A stretch of DNA of 32,000 nt from positions 1 through 32,000 of the forward strand of contig SUPR01000030.1 of assembly GCA_005191425.1 (NCBI GenBank), written 5' to 3'. Source of the DNA: Candidatus Helarchaeota ASGARD archaeon Hel_GB_B. Lineage in GTDB: Archaea > Asgardarchaeota > Lokiarchaeia > Helarchaeales > HEL-GB-B. The translations under genes were made by a program, and so were the position numbers. The notes under the pieces were generated by a model. It worked only from the letters and a program-made list of their open reading frames with translations, searched no databases and was not told the origin of the DNA. Positions within the stretch are counted from its first letter, which is position 1. Each line of letters starts with the position of its first letter. Shown here piece after piece: positions 10,580-17,864 of the stretch.

Positions 10580-11029
10580 TCAATCTCTCGCTGCTGACGC
10601 CTGTAAAATTCCGCCAAATAACCCTGCTATAAATATTACTACAGATATTGAATGCACTATTCCTCCTGAAGCATATACAGGCAGCCCATTATAAATTGCC
10701 ATTACATTTACAAATATATCAAATGTAAGAAATAAGATTGCACCTATTAATACTGAATATCCGCCCTTCCAAAAACCTATGATTGCTCCTATTGTCAATA
10801 AAATTGAACTTATTATCCAAATTATTATTCCTGCTAACCAGCAATATGCAAATAGTGAGTAAGTTGACATATATCCAATTACTTCAGTCCACCTTGTAAA
10901 ATAGTATCCCAATAAATAGTGTGATGATGGGACCCCAACAAAACTTGGAGAAACTAAACCAGTTACTACCGCTAAAATGCCCGCAAATATAGCTACAAAA
11001 CCGCCAAATACAGTCCTAAATCCGCCCAT
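10580..11029 (-). CDS. Hypothetical membrane protein (about 4 TM)
   Basis: 149 aa ORF with four long Gly-rich hydrophobic stretches. Confidence 0.7.
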   Translation of the reverse strand: MGGFRTVFGGFVAIFAGILAVVTGLVSPSFVGVPSSHYLLGYYFTRWTEVIGYMSTYSLFAYCWLAGIIIWIISSILLTIGAIIGFWKGGYSVLIGAILFLTFDIFVNVMAIYNGLPVYASGGIVHSISVVIFIAGLFGGILQASAARD

Positions 11030-11536
11030 TAGCTTATACCTTCTAATTTATTTTTTAATTTAAATTTCTGTTTTTTCTTTTTTGTTTTCTATTTCTAAAT
11101 TTTTTATTTTTTGACTTAATTTTTATAATTTTTATTGTTAGTATTTAGATAGAATTTTTTAATAAAAAGTTTCCGAATTAATGCTCCCATTACATTCCAA
11201 TATCCTAATTAAGAAATTAAATAAGTTTCAGGTGATTTTTTAGATATTAGCATATTTTCTAATTATTCATTACTTTTTTGCGTATATTGAAATTGGTATA
11301 TTATTTATATTCCATAACTCATTTACAATTAGAAATTCCCTTAAATTTCGTCCTTATATGGAAATTTTGTCTAAATTTTTGCTGCTAAAAAAGCGTAAAG
11401 TGCCAATAAAAAGATTCAATTTTAAGACTTCAGGACACTATAAATTTCAATATAAAGATAAGAAATAGAAGAAAATATGAGAAATAAATAGAGTTTTACC
11501 TATCAATTGATTTTACTGTACTTGGTTCTTTAAAGG

Positions 11537-11968
11537 TCATAGAAAATTCAAAATTTCTATTATTTCATCTTTAAACCGGTCTTTCATTTGATTTATCCTT
11601 AAAATGAAGTTTTCAATTATTTTAATTTGTTTTTGAATTTCTTTATTTTTTTTGTTATTTTCTATTTTCTCAATTAAATCTTTAAAATTATCGTTTATTT
11701 TGTTCACAGGGCAGATATATTTTTTTCTTAGTTTTCCATCACTCCAAAAATAGTGGTAATAATAGGGGCCATGTAATGATACACCATTATTACACCTGCA
11801 ACCTTTTTTTCCGCATTTTACATATTCGTAAATAAGAATACCAGATTCGCTGTCCTTAATTTGCAACATTAAATTTTTCCGTTTTTGAGTTAAGTCATCT
11901 AGTTTTTCATTTAATTTATTCAATAAATTGATTAAGTCCTCATCCCTTAATACTGTTTTTGATAACAT
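11537..11968 (-). CDS. DUF6788-like Zn-binding protein flanked by coiled coils
   Basis: Motif YVKCGKKGCRCNNGVSLHGPYYY..W.DGKLRKKYI matches the CGK..C.C...HGPY signature of DUF6788. Confidence 0.72.
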   Translation of the reverse strand: MLSKTVLRDEDLINLLNKLNEKLDDLTQKRKNLMLQIKDSESGILIYEYVKCGKKGCRCNNGVSLHGPYYYHYFWSDGKLRKKYICPVNKINDNFKDLIEKIENNKKNKEIQKQIKIIENFILRINQMKDRFKDEIIEILNFL

Positions 11969-12175
11969 TTTCTAATTATCACTTATAAAGTTTATTAATA
12001 AATAATAATAAATAAATTAATACTTTACATAAGATATTAATCATTTAAAAATTATTCGGTATTTAAAAACCCTTATATACATATTACATAGATTGTTTAT
12101 AAACCCATGGTTTATTTATAAACTATTTTTAAATATATATAAATCTCATACTTATATATTAAATATTGTGTAGTT

Positions 12176-12197
12176 CCCTCCTATATTTCCACTCCAA
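12176..12197 (-). promoter_or_regulatory. Degenerate ORB-like element
   Basis: Minus strand TTGGAGTGGAAATATAGGAGGG has the GTGGAAAT core and a G-rich tail but lacks the TCC part. Confidence 0.35.
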
Positions 12198-12353
12198 GTA
12201 TTATACTGAACCTGAAGTATCTTTTATCTAAATAATTTTAATATTATATTTAACTTATTAGACAAATTGATATTTAAATTACTTATTTAATTTACCTATT
12301 GAAATATAATTTTTTAATATAAAAAAAAATAAAGCATTATAATTTTTTGAAAT

Positions 12354-12374
12354 CTCCAGAGGAAATTAAGGGGT
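12354..12374 (+). promoter_or_regulatory. Origin recognition box (ORB) with G-string
   Basis: CTCCAGAGGAAATTAAGGGGT matches the archaeal Orc1/Cdc6 ORB pattern TCCA.nGGAAA...GGGG. Confidence 0.7.
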
Positions 12375-12418
12375 AAGGGAATTATTAGACAAATAAAACA
12401 TAGGCAAAAAAAGAATAA

Positions 12419-12441
12419 ACTCCCTAATTTCCATTGGAAAC
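12419..12441 (-). promoter_or_regulatory. Inverted origin recognition box (ORB) with G-string
   Basis: Minus strand GTTTCCAATGGAAATTAGGGAGT faces the first ORB across a 44-bp A-rich spacer. Confidence 0.65.
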
Positions 12442-12912
12442 ATTTTTGAAAAAATAAAAAAATAAAAAACTAAACCCAAATTTGAAGAAAAAATAAAGAA
12501 AAAAATGCATTCATAATGTAAAAAAAGATAGATAAATAGTCAAATCTTCCGAATTATAATGCAATAAAATAAAAATCAATCGTAAATAGGAAGTAATCTT
12601 GTGTAATATTATCAACTTTTCATTATTGACTTTACATAAGATAATAAGTGATTAATTTTTTTTTACGATAAAGATGACCTGGTATTATTTTAGACATAAA
12701 ATAATAATTAATTTAGAAAAAAAATCAGATAAAGTCAGGAAGATAAAAAAAAGAGTTAGATATGGAAAAAGGTCTTTCTATCATTACCTAGTAAAATGAA
12801 AATCTGTTATAAAAAGGATTAGATCTTATGTAATATAACAATTTTCACATTGCCAACTTTACATAAGAAAATGGGTTTATTTTTAGCATTTCATAATAAG
12901 AGATACCTGGAA

Positions 12913-13710
12913 CTATTTTGAGCTAAAAAATTTAATGGGTTCATTAGAAGGGACAAAAATGGATTTAATTTCAGGGATTTCAATTTGGAGGTCATGAGTT
13001 ACGAATTGTTCAAGGATAATATTAAGCCAATTATAAGGTAAAATGCAGATATTAATGTTGTAATCTTCTGCGAATCGGGCTTTAAAAAAGTCAATAGAGG
13101 AGCAGATGAGGGTATTGATATCTTGGTAGTAGCATTGAGCGATGAAATTTTCGGTAGGGGGGTCTTCAAGGTAGACCAAGATTTTATCGACAGGGAAGTT
13201 AATATTGTTATAGGGGGACACGTAGTTAATATATTTGAGGTTAAATTTAGTCTGGATGATATCGAGTAGTTGATTAAAATTCAGGTTATTTTGGTGGGGT
13301 TCAAAGATACGTCCTGAATCTTGGTTGTTAAAGTGGAAGACATTGACCATTTCAAGGTTAAGAATAGAGCCGATGCGTTCATGGATACCATAAGGTACAG
13401 AGAAAAAATCTTTAGGAATTTCTAGAATAACGACTTTTTTATCACGAAGGAATTTTAATTTTTGGTAGAGGTCATCAATTATATTAGGGCGAGACCAGGT
13501 ATGGAATAATAATAACAGGTCAGCTTTTTCTTCGATGAGAGTAGAGATAGCATTATAATTAAAATCAGGGGAAACGATACATTTGTTAATAGAGAATTTT
13601 TTAAGGTCATTAAGGTGAGTGGAACCAAATTTAATAATAGATTGGGGGTTTAATTCAATTATTTGGAGAATTTTTTTAAGTTTAGAGATGAACTCAGCTA
13701 AATTAATCAT
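12913..13710 (-). CDS. NIF3-like (YbgI/Nif3 fold) protein, metal ligands largely lost
   Basis: KCIVSPDFNYNAISTLIEEKADLLLLFHT aligns with the Nif3 N-terminal pattern (V..D....I..A....ADLL..HH). The length and C-terminal layout fit, but the HH, HTxLD and GH..SE motifs are degenerate. Confidence 0.6.
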   Translation of the reverse strand: MINLAEFISKLKKILQIIELNPQSIIKFGSTHLNDLKKFSINKCIVSPDFNYNAISTLIEEKADLLLLFHTWSRPNIIDDLYQKLKFLRDKKVVILEIPKDFFSVPYGIHERIGSILNLEMVNVFHFNNQDSGRIFEPHQNNLNFNQLLDIIQTKFNLKYINYVSPYNNINFPVDKILVYLEDPPTENFIAQCYYQDINTLICSSIDFFKARFAEDYNINICILPYNWLNIILEQFVTHDLQIEIPEIKSIFVPSNEPIKFFSSK

Positions 13711-13996
13711 ATAAAAACATCCTTAAGAGGGAAGTATAAACATGAACTTAAGAGTGATTAATCAAGTAAAGACTAAGGAAAAGGATTTTAAAAACTTAAT
13801 GATACGAGATAAAAGTGAAAGAAGGGGCAATGAAAGTAGGTAAACAAAAAAAATGTAATAAAGACGGGAACAAACATTTCAAACAAAAGATAAGGACGGA
13901 TAGAGCAGAAATAAAAGAAAAGAAAGAAAAATAATAAAATAGTAGAAATTATTGAGATTTAAAAATTAATTAAGATAAGAGATCAGTTGATATTCA

Positions 13997-14190
13997 ATGA
14001 AAATAAATGATTTATTTTTTGAATTATCTCATGAGGGGCGTTAATTTCTCTGAAATTGGGAGAAATAATAGATTATAATCAGTGTATATACGGTAAATCG
14101 GAACAATTTTTAAGGTGGACGAAAAAACTTTTCAATTACTTTTGGGAGAAATCAGAACATATAAAGCCATCGGATTTTTTGGTCAAATAA
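13997..14190 (+). pseudogene. Internally deleted remnant of a winged-helix/DUF1724-type transcription regulator
   Basis: MKINDLFFELSHEGR* (typical N-terminal LFFELS..R), then in another frame DYNQCIYGKSEQFLRWTKKLFNYFWEKS (typical C-terminal W...LF.Y.W..S). The middle of the gene is missing. Confidence 0.45.
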
Positions 14191-14363
14191 GAGGGCAAGT
14201 GGTAATAATTTTAATTTGAAAATTAAGAAAGTGAATGTTAAAAGTTGTGATAGACCAGTGGATACCGATTAAAAAAAGAATTGGAATAATATAAATAATA
14301 TAAATACTAAAAAGTAATAGAATAGAGACAAACAAATTTTATAAAAAGTAATGACGATCAGCA

Positions 14364-15071
14364 ATGACAGAAGATGAAGATAAAGAGAAAACCGAGGCAT
14401 ATAAGAAGTTTGCCGACAAATTGAAGATTGAGCAGTTAAAAGGAGAAGGAGAAAGGATTCAAGCGCTAAGAAAATTGGTACAAGAGTTTGAAAAAAATTA
14501 TGGTACGGATATTAAGTTAATGCCAGCGGAAATGCAAAATAAATATAGAGAAATGAGGAAACAAGCGGGTCTACCTGAAATTTCTGAAATAGAAGTAATT
14601 GGTCCAATGTCTGAAAAAAAAGAAAACACACCAGCAAATTTGGCTAACATTATATTAAAGTTAGGGATAGGTAGAAAGGACAAGACAGGTGGGCTTATGT
14701 TGCTCTCAGAACTAATTATGTTGTTAAGGACACAGACACCGCTGAAAAAAGTAAAAATAGGAGAAGTCAAAAGAGTATTAAAGAGATTAGAGAAAGAAGG
14801 GCTTATATCCGGCTTAAAAAGATTAAACTCAGGGGTAGAAATAGTTGAATTTTTACCGACCGGGTTTAACAAAGACCAAAACATAATATTATCATTAGCG
14901 TCATCAAATGGGGTTCTTACCTTAGAAGAAATTATGCTTAAATTAAATTGGGCGCAAGAGAGAGTTTTAAGAGTGTTGAAAACATTAGAAAAATCTAATA
15001 TTGCTAAAAGAGACCATAGTTATGCAGCCGGTCAAAAATGGTATTTTCCAGGGTTAATTAAAGACTCATAA
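14364..15071 (+). CDS. vps22: ESCRT-II Vps22/Vps36-like (EAP30/Snf8) protein
   Basis: Collinear with eukaryotic Snf8: LVQEFEKNYGTDIK..., KTGGLMLLSEL, FNKDQNIILSLA..NGVLTLEEIM.KLNWAQERV.RVL..L, terminal KWYFPGL; tandem winged helices. Confidence 0.85.
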   Translation: MTEDEDKEKTEAYKKFADKLKIEQLKGEGERIQALRKLVQEFEKNYGTDIKLMPAEMQNKYREMRKQAGLPEISEIEVIGPMSEKKENTPANLANIILKLGIGRKDKTGGLMLLSELIMLLRTQTPLKKVKIGEVKRVLKRLEKEGLISGLKRLNSGVEIVEFLPTGFNKDQNIILSLASSNGVLTLEEIMLKLNWAQERVLRVLKTLEKSNIAKRDHSYAAGQKWYFPGLIKDS

Positions 15072-15176
15072 ATATTTTAAATATTTATAATAATAAGCTT
15101 TAAAAAAATCAATTTTTAAGAATATTTGATTAAATGAATTAAAATGATGGTAAAATACTATAAAAAAATTTTTGGA

Positions 15177-16193
15177 ATGTCAGGGGCACCAGTACATGAA
15201 ATAATAATTGAAGAATCAATAAAATTATTACCTGAAGAAATTCAGCAATTTTTATCTGAAAAAATAGACGGGAATAAAATTCCGCCCATAGCAACATTGG
15301 ACCACCACGAAAATTGGAGGATAATAAAGAAATTAGATACGATGTCATTATCTGATTTAATAATTGAAGGAGGGAGAGCAGAGGACCAATCATATAGGGC
15401 TAAAAAATATTATGTTGATGACCGGCCAATGAGTTCAATTTTTGGTGTTTCAGTCCCAAGTCTGACCCACTATTGGTGTTATGAATTATATAAATCAGTT
15501 AAAAAGGACGTGGGGTTAATTACGGTTAAAAATGTTAAGACGCCGTTTTGGTGGGTGCCTGGGGTAAATGTTATTATAGAAAAAATTCTTCAAATGCTGT
15601 CTAAAAAGAATATACCTTATCAAAGTGCACTTTCTAGGGCGTTAATTTATTGGGAAGATGATATATTTTATTATAGAGAAAAATACAATGACCCGTCACA
15701 TAGAGCAGAAATTTTTCTAATTTTAGGTCGGATATTACATTTATTAACAGATATAGGGGTCCCAGCCCATATTCATTGCGATACGCACATACCATATTTT
15801 GACCCAGATTCTTACGAATTTAATGTTGGATTTTGGATGAATGAACATAAAAGGATATGGAAGGTAAGAGGGGACGAACAAATCTTTTTTAATGATAAAT
15901 GGGAAAGTATTCTCTTATATTTCAACCGATATGCGGAGATATCTTCATTATTTGATTCTGATGATGTAGATGGGTTTGGAAAAGGAAAACCTTATAGATG
16001 GCCTAAAAAGGAAAGACTTGGGATATCTGGATATTTAAGTCAATCAGCTTGTAAACAAATAGGAAATATATTAATACCGCTAGCTTTCAGAATTACAGCG
16101 GGTATAATTTTATTATTTTTTAAGATATTTTTTCCAAGTTTTTGGAAAGACAATCGAGATAAATTTTTAAAGAATACTACTGATCAATTATAA
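15177..16193 (+). CDS. Zn-dependent phospholipase C / P1-nuclease superfamily protein, apparently cytosolic
   Basis: Ligand pattern VHEII, EDQS, THYW, LGRILHLLTDIGVPAH, DSYE; no signal peptide. The ORF track opens at 15144; ATG 15177 puts the first His near the N-terminus, as expected for the family. Confidence 0.7.
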   Translation: MSGAPVHEIIIEESIKLLPEEIQQFLSEKIDGNKIPPIATLDHHENWRIIKKLDTMSLSDLIIEGGRAEDQSYRAKKYYVDDRPMSSIFGVSVPSLTHYWCYELYKSVKKDVGLITVKNVKTPFWWVPGVNVIIEKILQMLSKKNIPYQSALSRALIYWEDDIFYYREKYNDPSHRAEIFLILGRILHLLTDIGVPAHIHCDTHIPYFDPDSYEFNVGFWMNEHKRIWKVRGDEQIFFNDKWESILLYFNRYAEISSLFDSDDVDGFGKGKPYRWPKKERLGISGYLSQSACKQIGNILIPLAFRITAGIILLFFKIFFPSFWKDNRDKFLKNTTDQL

Positions 16194-16286
16194 GATATGA
16201 TGAATGAAATCAACTTATGATTTTGCTCCCACATATTATTTAGATAATATTTACTTTTTAATTGTGTGTCTCTAAAATACAATAAT

Positions 16287-16997
16287 ATGAACGAAAACAC
16301 TCTTTTTGATGTACGAAGCCTTTATATTTTAAAGGACGGAGTGCCAGTTTTTCATTGGCATTATATTAATGACAAAGAATTGAATATAGAAAAAGAAGAG
16401 AAAGATTCGGTTTTAATTTCTGGCTTTTTAAGTGCAATTGTAGTATTTGCAAATGAAATAGGGATCGGAGAGCCCAAGAGTTATTTGACAGATGACATCA
16501 AATTTTCCTTTTTGAATAAAAATGGTTTTCTATTTGTAATTTCTATTGAAAAGGACATCCCTGACGAACAAGCCTATGATTTTTTGAATATAGTTTCCAA
16601 GACATTTATCAAATTATATGATGTAGGTGATTTTCATAACTTACAAGCGATAAATTTCGATGAATTTAAAGAATATTTATTTGAAATAATAAAGAAATTC
16701 AATATAAAAAATATAACAAATGAAAAAATAAATGAGGATGAGATTATAAAAGAAATCCCAAATAAGAGCAATATATATAAAAATTTAATTCCAAAATGCT
16801 ATATTGATTTAGAAAGAAATAAACACTTTTCTAGTTTAAGGCGTACTTTATTTAAATTAATTGATGGGAATATTTCGATATATAATATTGCCCAGAAAAT
16901 GAACTATAACCCACAGGACATTTATTATACACTACGGTCATATGAAAAATTTGGATATATTCAGATCAAAAAAATTGATAATAATGAAGAATCCTAA
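16287..16997 (+). CDS. Longin-domain protein with a C-terminal winged-helix domain
   Basis: SLYILKDGVPVF, LISGFLSAIVVFANEIG, FSFL..NGFLFVI (Asgard longin pattern); C-terminal LFKLIDGNISIYNIAQKMNY..QDIYYTLRSYEKFGYI. The ORF track starts at 16266. Confidence 0.72.
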   Translation: MNENTLFDVRSLYILKDGVPVFHWHYINDKELNIEKEEKDSVLISGFLSAIVVFANEIGIGEPKSYLTDDIKFSFLNKNGFLFVISIEKDIPDEQAYDFLNIVSKTFIKLYDVGDFHNLQAINFDEFKEYLFEIIKKFNIKNITNEKINEDEIIKEIPNKSNIYKNLIPKCYIDLERNKHFSSLRRTLFKLIDGNISIYNIAQKMNYNPQDIYYTLRSYEKFGYIQIKKIDNNEES

Positions 16998-17139
16998 AGA
17001 AAAAGGGCATAAAAATGTAAATAAATAAGGAAAAAAAGTACGAACAAAAAACAAATTTTTTAAAAAATAAACCAAGGTTTTAAGATAAAAGATAGTTTTA
17101 GATGGTATAAAAAAGGTAAACTAGAAATCAAGGGGAGTC

Positions 17140-17334
17140 GAGAAAATATATTTATGCAGAAGCGATAAGGCTCTTCCGTGTTCGGGATGGGTAACGGGTG
17201 TTTCCCTTCACCTATGATCGTGATTAAAGTCACAACCATCCTAAGTTCCCATACACTCTCGTAGTATAGTACAGTTAGGACCGCGTGAAGGCTTAATTCG
17301 GCGTCTTATTACTTCTTTTGCATTATATTTCCTC
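17140..17334 (-). other. RNA processing stem enclosing the 5S gene, with one canonical and one relaxed BHB motif
   Basis: Leader and trailer pair as GAGGAAAUAUA/UAUAUUUUCUC, AUGC/GCAU with AAA bulges on opposite strands, AGAAG/CUUCU and AUAAG/CUUAU. Confidence 0.85.
17173..17296 (-). rRNA. rrf: 5S rRNA gene, circularly permuted (3' half 17296-17230, linker CUUUAA, 5' half 17223-17173)
   Basis: Rejoining the halves gives a 118-nt canonical archaeal 5S: UCACGAUCAUAGGUGAAGGGAAACACCCGUUACCCAUCCCGAACACGGAAG+UUAAGCCUUCACGCGGUCCUAACUGUACUAUACUACGAGAGUGUAUGGGAACUUAGGAUGGUUGUGA. Helices I, II, III and the loop E arm all pair, and the conserved CCGAAC loop C is present. Confidence 0.92.
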
Positions 17335-17864
17335 AAACAGGAAATAAAACGATTTTAAAGGTGTATAGCTTAAATTTTAAGTTATAAATTAAATTAAGAT
17401 TATAAATTACCATAAATAATGAAATTTAAAGTTTTTCTATATAAAAATGAATTATGCAAATTTCAAGTGAAAATTAAATTTTTATGATCAAATGTACATT
17501 TTTAAGACAAATAAAATAAAAAAAATAAATGGTAAAAGAAATTAATTGGAAAAATATATTAATTTTAGAAGTATTAATAAAAATAATTAATGGGATTTGG
17601 AAAACTCCATAAATAAAAATAAATTAAGATTATTCGGGGTTAAAGAATTTTTAAAAGATAGATAAAGGCTATAAATATTAGGAAGTTTCAATAGAAATTG
17701 GAAAATAATTAGATAAAATTTAAATTTCACCAAAAAATATTAATGAATAAAAAAGTAAAAAAATTTAAATAAAATAGATTATATGAAAAAAAGAATTAAT
17801 TTTTAAAAACTTATGAAATAAATACTAAAAATCAATTGGTTAAAATAATTGGAGTAAAGTAATA

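Larger units (their letters stand above)
12022..12868. repeat. Dispersed iteron-like repeat ACTTTACATAAGA(TA)
   Basis: Exact 15-mer ACTTTACATAAGATA at 12022-12036 and 12629-12643; 13-mer at 12856-12868; inverted TTACATAAGAT at 12823-12833; variants at 12596-12607 (inverted) and 12084-12093. Confidence 0.75.

Noticed and set aside
11030-12020. IS or provirus around the DUF6788-like gene
   Set aside because: No transposase, integrase, terminal inverted repeats or att duplication was seen.
12022-12868. CRISPR array
   Set aside because: The repeats are only 10-15 bp, irregularly spaced and in mixed orientation; there are no cas genes.
17173-17296. 5S halves as remnants of tandem 5S copies or a random misjoin
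   Set aside because: The halves are non-overlapping and exactly complementary to one full molecule, and both flanks pair into BHB motifs that predict the junction. Read mapping is still advised.
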